Positions 18,721 through 30,378 of a DNA stretch of 64,000 bases are shown piece after piece (position 1 is the stretch's first letter; each line of letters opens with the position of its first letter). Made by a program: the position numbers and the translations under genes. Under the pieces are notes generated by a model. That model saw only the letters and a list, made by a program, of their open reading frames with translations. It was not told the DNA's origin and did not search any database. The DNA comes from Pseudomonas sp. (GTDB lineage: Bacteria; Pseudomonadota; Gammaproteobacteria; Pseudomonadales; Pseudomonadaceae): positions 31,849 through 95,848 of the forward strand of contig JASGKM010000007.1 in assembly GCA_049840615.1 (NCBI GenBank), in the 5' to 3' direction.

Positions 18721-19776
18721 TTACAGCTTCAGCTTCAGGGCATCCACCAGAGCCTGGTTCTGCTCCTCGGTGCCGATGCTGATGCGCAGGAACTGGTTGA
18801 TCCGCTGCTGCTTGAAGTGACGCACGATCACGCCCTCCTCACGCAGGGCGGCTGCCAGTTCGGCGCCGTCGCGCTGCGGGTGGCGGGCAAAGATGAAGTT
18901 CGCCGCGGACGGCAGCACGTCGAAGCCCAGGGTCTCGAGCTCGGCCACCAGTTTCTCGCGGCTGTGGATAACCGCGTTGCAGGTCTGCTCGAAGTAGGCC
19001 TGGTCCTCGAAGGACGCGACCGCACCAGCCAGCGCCAGACGGTCCAGCGGGTAGGAGTTGAAGCTGTTCTTCACCCGCTCCAGCGCTTCGATCAGGTCCT
19101 CGTGGCCAATGGCGAAGCCAACCCGCAGGCCCGCCAGGGAGCGCGACTTCGACAGGGTCTGTGCCACCAGCAGGTTCGGGTAGCGGTTGACCAGGGAAAT
19201 CGCGGTCTCGCCGCCGAAGTCGACGTAGGCCTCATCCACCAGCACGACGCTGTCCGGGCTGGCCCGCAGCAGGCGCTCGATGGCTTCGAGCGGCAGCAGG
19301 CAACCGGTAGGCGCGTTGGGGTTGGGGAAGATGATGCCGCCGTTCGGGCGCGCGTAATCCTCGACGCGGATCTGGAACTGCTCGTCCAGCGGCAGCGCTT
19401 CGAATTCGATGCCGTAGAGACCGCAGTAGACCGGATAGAAGCTGTAAGTCACGTCGGGGAACAGCAGCGGCTTGCCGTGCTGGAACAGCGCGTGGAAGGC
19501 ATGGGCCAGTACTTCGTCCGAACCATTGCCAACAAAGACCTGGGAGGTCTTCACGCCGTGGTACTCGGCGATGGTCTGCTTCAGGCGATCGGCGTTCGGA
19601 TCCGGATACAGGCGCAGCGTGTCGTTCAGCTCGGCCTGAATCGCGGCGACCACCTTCGGCGACGGGCCGTAGGGGTTCTCGTTGGTGTTCAGCTTGACCA
19701 GCTTGGCCAGTTTCGGCTGCTCGCCCGGAACGTAGGGCACCAGCTCCTTGACGAAGGGACTCCAGAACTTGCTCAT
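18721..19776 (-). CDS. hisC: histidinol-phosphate aminotransferase
   Basis: 351 aa, class-II aminotransferase ([13 protein letters not shown] contains the PLP lysine). Lies downstream of hisD. Confidence 0.93.
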   Translation of the reverse strand: MSKFWSPFVKELVPYVPGEQPKLAKLVKLNTNENPYGPSPKVVAAIQAELNDTLRLYPDPNADRLKQTIAEYHGVKTSQVFVGNGSDEVLAHAFHALFQHGKPLLFPDVTYSFYPVYCGLYGIEFEALPLDEQFQIRVEDYARPNGGIIFPNPNAPTGCLLPLEAIERLLRASPDSVVLVDEAYVDFGGETAISLVNRYPNLLVAQTLSKSRSLAGLRVGFAIGHEDLIEALERVKNSFNSYPLDRLALAGAVASFEDQAYFEQTCNAVIHSREKLVAELETLGFDVLPSAANFIFARHPQRDGAELAAALREEGVIVRHFKQQRINQFLRISIGTEEQNQALVDALKLKL

Positions 19777-19779
19777 CGA

Positions 19780-21102
19780 TTACTCACTCTTGCCGTCAAG
19801 GATGCGGAATTCGGCACTGCGCGCGTGGGCGGTCAGCGACTCGCCACGGGCCAGGATCGAAGCGGTCTTGCCCAGCTCGGAAGCGCCCGGCGCGGAGCAG
19901 AAGATGATCGAGGAACGCTTCTGGAAGTCGTACACGCCCAGCGGCGAAGAGAAGCGCGCGGTACCGGAGGTCGGCAGCACGTGGTTCGGGCCGGCGCAGT
20001 AGTCACCCAGCGCCTCGGCGGTATAGCGGCCCATGAAGATGGCGCCGGCGTGGCGGATCTTCGGCAGCCAGCTTTCCGGATCGGCCACCGACAGCTCCAG
20101 GTGCTCCGGGGCGATGCGGTTGGCGACCTGGCAGGCCTGCTCCTGGTCGGCAACGAGGATCAGAGCACCACGATTGGTCAGCGAAGTACGGATGATCTCG
20201 GCGCGCTCCATGGTCGGCAGCAGCTTCTCGATGCTGGCGGCGACCTTGTCGAGGAAGGCAGCGTCCGGGCTGACCAGGATCGACTGGGCATCTTCGTCGT
20301 GCTCGGCCTGGGAGAACAGGTCCATGGCGATCCAGTCCGGATCGGTGCCGCCATCGCAGACCACGAGGATCTCGGAGGGGCCGGCGATCATGTCGATGCC
20401 GACCTGGCCGAACACGTGGCGCTTGGCGGTGGCGACGTAGATGTTGCCCGGGCCGACGATCTTGTCCACCTGCGGCACGCTCTCGGTGCCATAGGCCAGT
20501 GCGGCCACAGCCTGGGCGCCACCGATGGTGAAGACGCGGTCAACGCCGGCGATGCAGGCAGCGGCCAGGACGATCTCGTTGATCTCGCCGCGCGGGGTCG
20601 GCACCACCATCACCACTTCGGCGACGCCGGCGACCTTGGCCGGAATGGCGTTCATCAGCACGGACGACGGGTAGGACGCCTTGCCGCCGGGTACGTACAG
20701 GCCGGCGCGATCCAGCGGGGTGACCTGCTGGCCGAGCACGGTGCCGTCGGCTTCGGTATAGCGCCAGGAGTCCTGCTTCTGCTTCTCGTGGTAGCTGCGC
20801 ACGCGTTCGGCGGCAGTTTCCAGCGCCTCGCGCTGGGCCGGGGTGATGCGGGTCAGGGCCAGCTCCAGGCGCTCGCGCGGCAGGATCAGGTCGGCCATGG
20901 TCTTGGCGTCGACACCGTCGAAGCGCTGGGTGAACTCGACCACGGCAGCATCGCCGCGTTTGCGCACATCGGCAATGATATCCAGGACGCGCTGGTTCAC
21001 CGACTCGTCGGAGACGCTTTCCCAGGAGAGCAGATGGTCCAGATGACGCGCGAAGTCCGGATCGGCGGCGTTGAGTCGACGGATAGCGAAGGGTGCGGTC
21101 AT
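19780..21102 (-). CDS. hisD: histidinol dehydrogenase
   Basis: ORF trimmed to ATG at 21102 ([17 protein letters not shown]), giving 440 aa of HisD family sequence. Confidence 0.95.
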   Translation of the reverse strand: MTAPFAIRRLNAADPDFARHLDHLLSWESVSDESVNQRVLDIIADVRKRGDAAVVEFTQRFDGVDAKTMADLILPRERLELALTRITPAQREALETAAERVRSYHEKQKQDSWRYTEADGTVLGQQVTPLDRAGLYVPGGKASYPSSVLMNAIPAKVAGVAEVVMVVPTPRGEINEIVLAAACIAGVDRVFTIGGAQAVAALAYGTESVPQVDKIVGPGNIYVATAKRHVFGQVGIDMIAGPSEILVVCDGGTDPDWIAMDLFSQAEHDEDAQSILVSPDAAFLDKVAASIEKLLPTMERAEIIRTSLTNRGALILVADQEQACQVANRIAPEHLELSVADPESWLPKIRHAGAIFMGRYTAEALGDYCAGPNHVLPTSGTARFSSPLGVYDFQKRSSIIFCSAPGASELGKTASILARGESLTAHARSAEFRILDGKSE

Positions 21103-21224
21103 AGCTGGCCTCTTTAATTGGCATGATCTCGGGCGCCGCAAGACTATCAAGCCTTCCGTGCGGGCACCCGAGAAAATTTGGCTATGACACGGATAGGCTG
21201 CCGCGACCGGGGTCGCGGTGAGTA

Positions 21225-21860
21225 TCAGTGACGGTGTCGAGCTTCGACGGCTTCGCGCAGAGTGTCGATCAGGGCCTGGATGCGAGCATGCTGCATCTTC
21301 ATCGAGGCCTTGTTCACCACCAGACGCGAGCTGATGTGCGCGATCAGTTCCTGGGGCTCCAGGCCATTCGCACGCAGGGTGTTACCGGTGTCGACCACGT
21401 CGATGATCTTGTCGGCAAGGCCGACCAGCGGCGCCAGCTCCATGGAGCCGTACAGCTTGATCACGTCGACCTGACGGCCCTGTTCGGCATAGTAGCGCTT
21501 GGCGACGTTGACGAACTTGGTGGCCACGCGCAGGCGGCCCTTGGGCTCCGGCGCGCCGACCGCACCGGCGGTCATCAGCTTGCAGTTGGCAATCTTCAGG
21601 TCCAGCGGCTCATAGAGGCCCTGGCCACCGTACTCCATGAGCACGTCTTTGCCCGCCACGCCGAGGTCGGCGGCGCCGTGCTCGACATAGGTCGGCACGT
21701 CGGTAGCACGCACGATCAGCAGGCGCACGTCATCGAGGGTGGTGGGGATGATCAGCTTGCGGCTCTTGTCCGGATTCTCGGTCGGCACGATACCCGCCGC
21801 TGCAAGCAGCGGCAGGGTGTCGTCGAGAATACGGCCCTTGGACAGGGCAATCGTCAGCAT
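21225..21860 (-). CDS. hisG: ATP phosphoribosyltransferase, short form
   Basis: ORF trimmed to ATG at 21860 ([19 protein letters not shown]), giving 211 aa. Confidence 0.95.
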   Translation of the reverse strand: MLTIALSKGRILDDTLPLLAAAGIVPTENPDKSRKLIIPTTLDDVRLLIVRATDVPTYVEHGAADLGVAGKDVLMEYGGQGLYEPLDLKIANCKLMTAGAVGAPEPKGRLRVATKFVNVAKRYYAEQGRQVDVIKLYGSMELAPLVGLADKIIDVVDTGNTLRANGLEPQELIAHISSRLVVNKASMKMQHARIQALIDTLREAVEARHRH

Positions 21861-21874
21861 TGTCTGGTTCAGCC

Positions 21875-23402
<1,528 letters not shown>

Positions 23403-23448
23403 GCTCAACCTCGTTCGGCGCCCTACGCGCGCGGGTCGGCCATGATAC

Positions 23449-23502
23449 AAAAAAGCCCCCCGCCTGCGAACCCCGGCAGGGGAAGTCGCGGACGGAGGGC
23501 TT
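23449..23502 (-). terminator. Putative terminator after mlaB
   Basis: The minus strand shows an imperfect GC-rich hairpin (agccc...cctgc-cggggttc-gcagg...gggct) followed by CTTTTTTG. Confidence 0.55.
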
Positions 23503-23512
23503 TCTCACTGTT

Positions 23513-23821
23513 TCAATGCTGTAACGGCAGGATTTCCAGAAGCTCGCCGACCTTGGCGATTTCCTGCATGTCCTTGGGCAGACCGGAAATCTGCAGCGTC
23601 TTGCCGGCCTTGCGCGCATCACGGGTGTAAGACAGCAGCAGCGACAATCCGACGCTGCTGGAGTGCTCCACCGCCGAGCAGTCCAGGCGCAGCGCGCCGG
23701 CCTTGCTGGAAGCGATCAGCCGGGCGCCCTGCTCACGCAGCGCGGGGCCGGTGCTGTAGTCCAGCACGCCGGCGAGGGCCAGTTCGCCCTCGCTACGCTC
23801 CGTGATACTGCCCTGACTCAT
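23513..23821 (-). CDS. mlaB: STAS-domain protein MlaB
   Basis: ORF trimmed to ATG at 23821, which overlaps the mlaC stop (ATGA). 102 aa. Confidence 0.85.
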   Translation of the reverse strand: MSQGSITERSEGELALAGVLDYSTGPALREQGARLIASSKAGALRLDCSAVEHSSSVGLSLLLSYTRDARKAGKTLQISGLPKDMQEIAKVGELLEILPLQH

Positions 23822-24480
23822 TCTGCGCCGCCTTCCGGCTGGCCCTTGGCAGCGTCCTTGGCCTTGGCGACCACCTGGCCCCAACCGGCGATGGTGGCTT
23901 CCAGGTCGTTGCGGTTCTTCTGCATGGAGTCGGCGAACTGGTCACGGAACAGCTTGCCGATGTTGATGCCGTTGATGATCACGTTACGCAGGCGCCACTG
24001 GCCACCCTGGTTGACCATGGTGTACTGCACCGGATAGATGGCACCGTTGCCACCGACCACTTCCATGTTCACCGAAGCGCGATCCTGGTCCTGCTTGCCG
24101 GTGTTCAGCACGCGGATGTCCTGGTTGTCGTACTCCAGCAGCGCGTTGCCGTAGAACTGGAACAGGCTGTTCTTGAAGGTCTCCTCGAAGCGCTTGACCT
24201 GCTCCGGAGTCGCCTGGCGGGAGTACTTGACGGTCATTACGCCCCTGGCGATGCCCTCGGAGTCCACGACCGGGCCGAGAATGCGGTTCAGGGTGTCGTA
24301 GAACGCCTGGGGATTGGCCTTGTAGTTGGGCTTGTTGGTTTTCAGGTCCGACAGCAGGCTATCGACGGTCTGCTGCACGACCTGCTGAGCAGTCTGCTCG
24401 GCCTGGGCGAACAGCGGCAGGATCGCGAGCAGAACCAGGAAGCCACGGCGCAAGGTTTTCAACATGGAGTGAGTCCTCAT
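23818..24480 (-). CDS. mlaC: phospholipid-binding periplasmic protein MlaC (Ttg2D family)
   Basis: 220 aa with a signal peptide. ATGA overlap with the mlaD stop. Confidence 0.88.
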   Translation of the reverse strand: MRTHSMLKTLRRGFLVLLAILPLFAQAEQTAQQVVQQTVDSLLSDLKTNKPNYKANPQAFYDTLNRILGPVVDSEGIARGVMTVKYSRQATPEQVKRFEETFKNSLFQFYGNALLEYDNQDIRVLNTGKQDQDRASVNMEVVGGNGAIYPVQYTMVNQGGQWRLRNVIINGINIGKLFRDQFADSMQKNRNDLEATIAGWGQVVAKAKDAAKGQPEGGAE

Positions 24481-24950
24481 TTCTTCGAGTCGTCTTTGTT
24501 GACCGAATTCAGCAGGAACTTGCCGATCAGGTCTTCCAGTACGAGTGCCGACTGGGTGTCCTTGATGGTATCGCCTTCCTTCAGCAGCTCTTCGTCGCCA
24601 CCGACGCTGATGCCGATGTACTTCTCGCCCAGAAGGCCGGCAGTCAGGATGGAGGCAGTGGAGTCGTCCGGCAGGTTGTTGACCTGGCGATTGATTTCCA
24701 TGGTCACACGACCACGATAGCTGTCATGGTCCAGGTCCACCGCAGTGACCTTGCCAATGGTGACACCCGCCATGGTGACCTTGCCACGTACGGTGACGCC
24801 AGCAATGTTGTCGAAATAGGCATACAACTTGTAGGTATCGCCCGAATTGCCGATGGTCAGTCCGCTGACACGCAGGGCCAGCAGCAGCAGGGCCAGCAGG
24901 CCAGCCAGAATGAACAGGCCTACACCGATTTCCAGGGTGCGGGTTTGCAT
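24477..24950 (-). CDS. mlaD: outer-membrane lipid asymmetry protein MlaD (MCE domain)
   Basis: 157 aa with an N-terminal TM helix and an MCE domain. Confidence 0.9.
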   Translation of the reverse strand: MQTRTLEIGVGLFILAGLLALLLLALRVSGLTIGNSGDTYKLYAYFDNIAGVTVRGKVTMAGVTIGKVTAVDLDHDSYRGRVTMEINRQVNNLPDDSTASILTAGLLGEKYIGISVGGDEELLKEGDTIKDTQSALVLEDLIGKFLLNSVNKDDSKK

Positions 24951-25750
24951 CAGAAGTCTCCAAACATCAAGGCGGTCAGGATGAAGTCCAGCCCCAGCAC
25001 TGCCAGGGAGGCATACACAACGGTACGGGTGGTGGCGCGGCTGATTCCTTCGGAGGTGGGCTCGCAGTCATAACCCTGGAACACGGCGATCCAGGTCACG
25101 ACGAAGGCGAACACCACACTCTTGATCACGCCATTGAGAATGTCCTTGGTGAACTGCACGCTGTTCTGCATGTTCGACCAGTAGGAACCGTCATACACAC
25201 CCAGCCAGTCCACGGCGACCAGGGCTCCGCCCCAGATGCCGACAACACTGAAGATAGCTGCCAGCAGCGGCATCGAGATGAAGCCCGCCCACAGGCGCGG
25301 AGCGATGATGTACTTGAGCGGGTCGACGCCGATCATCTCCAGGCTGGACAGCTGTTCAGTGGATTTCATGTTGCCGATCTCGGCGGTCAACGCAGAACCC
25401 GCCCGCCCGGCGAACAACAGACCGGTCACCACCGGCCCCAGTTCACGCAGCAGCGTCAACGCCACCATCTGGCCGACAGCCTGCTCGGAGCCGTAGCTCG
25501 CGAGGATGTTGTAGCCCTGCAGGGCCAGCACCATGCCGATGAACAGACCGGAGACGACGATGATCGCCAGCGACAGCACGCCCACCGAATACAGCTGTTT
25601 GATCAGCAGCTGGAAGGCGCCACTGTGCACACGGCGACCGAAGATGGCGTGCACCAGAAAAAGGGTCGACCGACCCAGCGATTCGAGAACATCGAGGCCT
25701 GCGCGCCCGAGCAGGCGAACTCGCTCGAGCGGTGGAGTCTTGCGCATCAA
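24950..25750 (-). CDS. mlaE: ABC transporter permease MlaE
   Basis: 266 aa polytopic membrane protein. Translationally coupled to its neighbours. Confidence 0.9.
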   Translation of the reverse strand: MMRKTPPLERVRLLGRAGLDVLESLGRSTLFLVHAIFGRRVHSGAFQLLIKQLYSVGVLSLAIIVVSGLFIGMVLALQGYNILASYGSEQAVGQMVALTLLRELGPVVTGLLFAGRAGSALTAEIGNMKSTEQLSSLEMIGVDPLKYIIAPRLWAGFISMPLLAAIFSVVGIWGGALVAVDWLGVYDGSYWSNMQNSVQFTKDILNGVIKSVVFAFVVTWIAVFQGYDCEPTSEGISRATTRTVVYASLAVLGLDFILTALMFGDF

Positions 25751-26556
25751 CGTTCTCCCAGCAGGTCGGCGCGGTAATCGCGAGCAGGATAGTGGAACGG
25801 CACCGGACCATCCGGGATGCCCTTCATGAACTGGCGTACTCGCGGATCATCGAGACCCTGCAGGTCAGCCGGTGTTCCGTGACCAAGCACGCGGCCGTCG
25901 CCGACGATATAGATGTAGTCGGCGATGCTCGCGGTTTCCGCCAGGTCGTGGGACACCACGATACTGGTGATCCCCAGGGCATCGTTGAGCAGGCGGATCA
26001 GGCGCACCAATACGCCCATGGCGATCGGGTCCTGGCCCACGAAAGGTTCGTCGTACATCAGAATCTGCGGGTCCAGCGCGATCGCACGGGCCAGCGCCAC
26101 GCGACGCTTCATGCCGCCGGACAGCTCATCGGGCATCAGCTCGACCGCCCCGCGCAGGCCAACGGCCTGCAACTTCATCAGCACGATGTCGCGGATCATG
26201 TCCTCGGGCAGCTCGGTGTGCACGCGAAGCGGGAAGGCCACGTTCTCGAAGACATCGAGGTCAGTGAACAGCGCGCCGCTCTGGAACAGCACGCCGAACT
26301 GCTTGCGCATGTCGAACAGGTCACTACGGCCCAGCGTGGGAAGGTTCTGGCCATTGACCCACACTTCCCCGCTCGCCGGCCGCAGCTGGGCGGCGATCAG
26401 TCGCAACAGGGTGGTCTTGCCACAACCTGACGGCCCCATGATCCCGGTGACCTTGCCGCGTGGAATGCGGATGTCCACGTTATCGAAAATCTTACGCGTG
26501 CCACGCTTGAAGCTCAGGCCCTTCAACTCGACCGCGTATTGGTCATTGGTGCTCAT
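25747..26556 (-). CDS. mlaF: ABC transporter ATP-binding protein MlaF
   Basis: ORF trimmed to ATG at 26556 ([16 protein letters not shown]), giving 269 aa. Walker [10 protein letters not shown] and signature LSGGM. Confidence 0.92.
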   Translation of the reverse strand: MSTNDQYAVELKGLSFKRGTRKIFDNVDIRIPRGKVTGIMGPSGCGKTTLLRLIAAQLRPASGEVWVNGQNLPTLGRSDLFDMRKQFGVLFQSGALFTDLDVFENVAFPLRVHTELPEDMIRDIVLMKLQAVGLRGAVELMPDELSGGMKRRVALARAIALDPQILMYDEPFVGQDPIAMGVLVRLIRLLNDALGITSIVVSHDLAETASIADYIYIVGDGRVLGHGTPADLQGLDDPRVRQFMKGIPDGPVPFHYPARDYRADLLGER

Positions 26557-26794
26557 AGAACTCCTTTCATCACGGCGCTGTCCGTTGCCCCGTCTGTCAC
26601 ACGGCAGAAACACGGCGCGGCAGGCCGAACGGCCGCGAACTATAACACCCCGCGAAGCCGCGCCCCAAGGGCTGCTAAGCCACTGTTAAGGCTCAGTTCA
26701 GCAAAATGCGTTCAACATTGAGATACCAGTGATGAAGCCTTTGCCGCTTTCCCGTTATAATCTCGCACTTCATTTTGCCCCGCGCCTTTCGAAC

Positions 26795-27769
26795 ATGAGC
26801 CAGAAACACGATTTCATCCAGTCGGCACAACGCACTATCCGCCTCGAGCGTGACTCGGTGGACGCTCTGCTGCCGCGTATTGGCGCCGAATTCTCCCTGG
26901 CCTGCGAACTGCTGCTGGCCTGCAAGGGCCGCGTGGTCGTGGTCGGCATGGGCAAGTCCGGGCACATCGCCCGCAAGATTGCCGCCACCCTGGCCAGCAC
27001 CGGCACGCCCTCCTTCTTCGTGCACCCGGCCGAGGCCAGCCACGGCGACATGGGCATGATCACCAAGGACGACGTCGTCCTGGCCCTGTCCAACTCCGGC
27101 TCCACTGCCGAAATCATTACCCTGCTGCCGCTGATCAAGCGCCTGGGCATCACCCTGATCAGCATGACCGGCAACGCCGAGTCGCCGCTGGCCAAGGCCG
27201 CCGCAGTCAACCTGGACGCCAGCGTCGAGCACGAAGCCTGCTCGCTGAACCTGGCCCCCACCTCTTCCACCACGGTTTCCCTGGTGATCGGCGACGCACT
27301 GGCCATCGCCCTGCTGGAAGCCCGCGGCTTCACCGCCGAAGACTTCGCTTTCTCGCATCCGGGCGGCGCATTGGGCCGTCGATTGTTGCTGAAAGTGGAA
27401 AACATCATGCACGTGGGTGAAGCATTGCCGCAGGTATCCCCCGGCACTTCGCTCAGCGGCGCCCTGCTGGAAATGACCCGCAAGGGCCTGGGCATGACCG
27501 TCATCCTGGGTGAAGACGGCCGCCTGGCCGGGGTCTTCACCGACGGCGACCTGCGCCGCACCCTGGACAAGGGGCTGGACTTCCGTCAGGTGACCATCGA
27601 CCAGGTGATGACCGTGCACGGCAAGACTGCCCGCCCGGACATGCTCGCCGCCGAGGCCCTGAAGATCATGGACGACCACAAGATCAACGTACTGGTGGTG
27701 GTCGACGACAAGGATCACCCGGTCGGCGTCCTGCACGTCCACGACCTGACCCGTGCGGGAGTCATCTGA
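26795..27769 (+). CDS. kdsD: arabinose-5-phosphate isomerase
   Basis: ORF trimmed to ATG at 26795, giving 324 aa. SIS domain (GMGKSGHI) plus tandem CBS domains. Confidence 0.93.
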   Translation: MSQKHDFIQSAQRTIRLERDSVDALLPRIGAEFSLACELLLACKGRVVVVGMGKSGHIARKIAATLASTGTPSFFVHPAEASHGDMGMITKDDVVLALSNSGSTAEIITLLPLIKRLGITLISMTGNAESPLAKAAAVNLDASVEHEACSLNLAPTSSTTVSLVIGDALAIALLEARGFTAEDFAFSHPGGALGRRLLLKVENIMHVGEALPQVSPGTSLSGALLEMTRKGLGMTVILGEDGRLAGVFTDGDLRRTLDKGLDFRQVTIDQVMTVHGKTARPDMLAAEALKIMDDHKINVLVVVDDKDHPVGVLHVHDLTRAGVI

Positions 27770-28294
27770 ATGACCGCTGACCTGCTGCAACGCGCGAAAG
27801 CGGTCCGCCTGGCGGTATTCGACGTCGATGGCGTACTCACCGACGGCAAGCTCTACTTCCTGCCCGACGGCGGCGAGTTCAAGACCTTCAATACGCTGGA
27901 CGGTCAGGGCATCAAGATGCTGATGAACTCCGGCGTGCGCACCGCAATCATCACCGGCCGCTCGAGTCCGGTGGTCGAGCGCCGGGCGAAGAATCTGGGC
28001 ATCAACCACCTGTTCCAGGGTCGCGAGGACAAGCTGGTCGCCCTGGACGAGTTGCTCGCCGAACTGGGACTAGGCTATGAAGAGGTGGCGTACCTGGGCG
28101 ACGACCTGCCCGACCTGCCCGCCATTCGCCGCGCAGGCCTCGGCATGGCAGTCGCCAGCGGCGACGCTTTCGTCCGTCAGCACGCCGACGGAGTGACCCA
28201 GGCCCGTGGCGGCGAAGGTGCCGCCCGCGAGTTCTGCGAACTGATCCTGCGCGCCCAGGGCAACCTCGAAGCTGCCCAGAACGCGTATCTCTAG
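27770..28294 (+). CDS. kdsC: KDO 8-phosphate phosphatase
   Basis: 174 aa, HAD-family (FDVDGVLTDG). TGAATG junction with kdsD. Confidence 0.93.
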   Translation: MTADLLQRAKAVRLAVFDVDGVLTDGKLYFLPDGGEFKTFNTLDGQGIKMLMNSGVRTAIITGRSSPVVERRAKNLGINHLFQGREDKLVALDELLAELGLGYEEVAYLGDDLPDLPAIRRAGLGMAVASGDAFVRQHADGVTQARGGEGAAREFCELILRAQGNLEAAQNAYL

Positions 28295-28302
28295 AGCCGA
28301 AC

Positions 28303-28875
28303 ATGCCCAAGACTTTCCAACAGAAGCTGCTGCTCGCCCTGATCGCCATCCTGCTGATTGCCCTCGGCTATTACTGGAACGTGCGCCTGGACTTCAACGA
28401 GCGGCAACTCAAGTCGCAGACCAGCGACGCCATCGATTTCTACGTGGTGAATGCCAAGAGCGTTCAGTACCGCGTCGACGGCTCCCTCGCCTACGAGATG
28501 ACCGCCGACAAACTCGAACACCTGAAAGCAAGCGACGTGACCCTGGTCACCACGCCCGACCTCTACTTCCACCGGGAGAATGAGCCTCAGCCGTGGCACG
28601 TCCAGAGCGTTCGCGCCGAAGTGGCCCCCGAAGGCAAGCAGGTCGAGCTGATCGACGACGTGCGCGTCGCGCGCACCGACGCGCAGCAGCGCACGCTCCT
28701 GCTCAACACCTCGCGCATGACGGTGTTCCCAGACAAGGACTATGCGCAGACTGACCAGCCCGTGAAGATCACCGAACCCAACGGTGTGACCACGGCAGTT
28801 GGCATGAAAGCGTATCTGAAAGACAGCCGGATGCTCCTGCTGTCCAACGTAAGAGGTCAGCATGAGGCTCGTTAA
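28303..28875 (+). CDS. lptC: LPS export protein LptC
   Basis: 190 aa with a TM anchor. Conserved order kdsC-lptC-lptA-lptB. Confidence 0.88.
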   Translation: MPKTFQQKLLLALIAILLIALGYYWNVRLDFNERQLKSQTSDAIDFYVVNAKSVQYRVDGSLAYEMTADKLEHLKASDVTLVTTPDLYFHRENEPQPWHVQSVRAEVAPEGKQVELIDDVRVARTDAQQRTLLLNTSRMTVFPDKDYAQTDQPVKITEPNGVTTAVGMKAYLKDSRMLLLSNVRGQHEAR

Positions 28876-29398
28876 CACCCTCCCCCTTCTTTTCAGCCTC
28901 GCCGCCGCTATCGGCAGCTCTGCCGCCTGGGCTCTTCCCACCGACCGGGAACAGCCGATCCGCGTCCAGGCCGACAGCGCCGAACTGGATGACAAGCAGG
29001 GCGTGGCCGTGTATCGCGGCGACGTGGTGGTAACCCAGGGCAGCATGAAGCTGACTGGCAACACCGTTACGCTCAAGCAGAACAAGGACGGCGAGATCGA
29101 GGTCGTCACCTCGGTCGGCAAACCCGCCTACTTCGAACAGAAGCCGGCGCCGGACAAGCAGATCACCCAGGCCTACGGCCTGACGATTCAGTACTTTGTC
29201 TCGCAGAACCGCGTCGTGCTGATCGACCAGGCCAAGGTGATCCAGGAAGGCAACACCTTCGAAGGCGAGAAGATCGTCTATGACACCCAGCGCCAGATCG
29301 TCAACGCAGGCCGCGCCACCGGCTCCCAGGTGACCACGCCGCGCCCGCGTATCGACATGGTCATCCAGCCCAAGAAAAAGCAGGATCAAGCGCAGTAA
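28862..29398 (+). CDS. lptA: LPS transport periplasmic protein LptA
   Basis: 178 aa with a signal peptide and an OstA-like fold. Confidence 0.9.
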   Translation: MRLVNTLPLLFSLAAAIGSSAAWALPTDREQPIRVQADSAELDDKQGVAVYRGDVVVTQGSMKLTGNTVTLKQNKDGEIEVVTSVGKPAYFEQKPAPDKQITQAYGLTIQYFVSQNRVVLIDQAKVIQEGNTFEGEKIVYDTQRQIVNAGRATGSQVTTPRPRIDMVIQPKKKQDQAQ

Positions 29399-30123
29399 TG
29401 GCTACGCTAACCGCCCAGCACCTCGCCAAGAGCTACAAGAGCCGGCAAGTCGTCCGCGACGTCAGCATGAGCATCGAGAGCGGGCAGATCGTCGGCCTGC
29501 TCGGCCCCAACGGAGCGGGCAAGACCACCTGCTTCTACATGATCGTCGGCCTGGTCCGTGCCGATCAGGGCGTCGTGCGCATTGACGAGCAGGACGTCAC
29601 CCACCTGCCCATGCACGGGCGCGCCCGCGCCGGCATCGGCTACCTGCCGCAGGAAGCCTCGATCTTCCGCAAGCTGTCGGTGGCAGACAACATCGGTGCG
29701 ATCCTCGAAACTCGCACCGACCTCGATCGCGCCGGTCGCCAGGAGGCCCTGGAAGGCCTGCTCGAGGAGTTCCACATCCACCACATCCGCGACAACCTCG
29801 GCATGAGCCTGTCCGGTGGTGAACGTCGCCGTGTGGAAATCGCCCGCGCGCTCGCCAGCTCGCCGAAATTCATTCTGCTGGACGAACCCTTCGCCGGCGT
29901 CGACCCGATCTCCGTGGGCGACATCAAGCAGATCATTCATCACCTCAAGGCCAAGGGTATCGGTGTACTGATCACCGACCACAACGTCCGCGAGACCCTG
30001 GATATCTGCGAAACGGCGTACATCGTCAACGACGGTCAACTGATCGCCGAAGGCAGCGCCGAAAGCATCCTTGCCAATGACCTGGTGAAGGAAGTCTACC
30101 TCGGCCACGAGTTCCGCCTCTAA
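29398..30123 (+). CDS. lptB: LPS export ABC transporter ATP-binding protein LptB
   Basis: 241 aa. Walker [10 protein letters not shown] and signature LSGGERRR. Confidence 0.95.
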   Translation: MATLTAQHLAKSYKSRQVVRDVSMSIESGQIVGLLGPNGAGKTTCFYMIVGLVRADQGVVRIDEQDVTHLPMHGRARAGIGYLPQEASIFRKLSVADNIGAILETRTDLDRAGRQEALEGLLEEFHIHHIRDNLGMSLSGGERRRVEIARALASSPKFILLDEPFAGVDPISVGDIKQIIHHLKAKGIGVLITDHNVRETLDICETAYIVNDGQLIAEGSAESILANDLVKEVYLGHEFRL

Positions 30124-30285
30124 GGCCCTGCGCCGCGCCCTGTCCGGGCGCGGCGACTCCACCTCTCCACCCAAGCGTGGCGCGGCTCGTCGGCCGCTCC
30201 GCGACGCTTCCGGCTGCCCGGCCCACCTTGGCGCAACCGGGTTGTAACGAAAGGTCGACAGCCCCTAGGCAAAGCGTCCAAACTC

Positions 30286-30301
30286 AGGCATATAATTTGC
30301 T
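30286..30301 (+). promoter_or_regulatory. Sigma-54 -24/-12-like element overlapping a perfect sigma-70 -10 box upstream of rpoN
   Basis: AGGCAT-ATAAT-TTGCT versus the consensus TGGCAC-N5-TTGCW, with exact GG-to-GC spacing. TATAAT lies at 30291-30296, 83 nt upstream of the rpoN ATG. Confidence 0.4.
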
Positions 30302-30378
30302 TCCTCGCGGCACCCCGGTGTCCGTAGTCGTGGATATGGCGCGCTTCGCGCCAGCGAACAAGGTGCCTAGTTCCAGCC

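Noticed and set aside
21103-21224. The 122-bp hisG-hisD spacer with two GC hairpins (about 21146-21192 and 21201-21218), considered as a possible attenuator or sRNA.
   Set aside because: The hairpins are imperfect, there is no U-run or leader peptide, and a similar spacer is expected in related genomes. The evidence is too weak to call a feature.
26756-26761. A perfect TATAAT 34 nt upstream of the kdsD ATG, considered as a promoter.
   Set aside because: There is no acceptable -35 hexamer at 16-18 bp spacing and no extended -10. It is plausible but not supportable from sequence alone.
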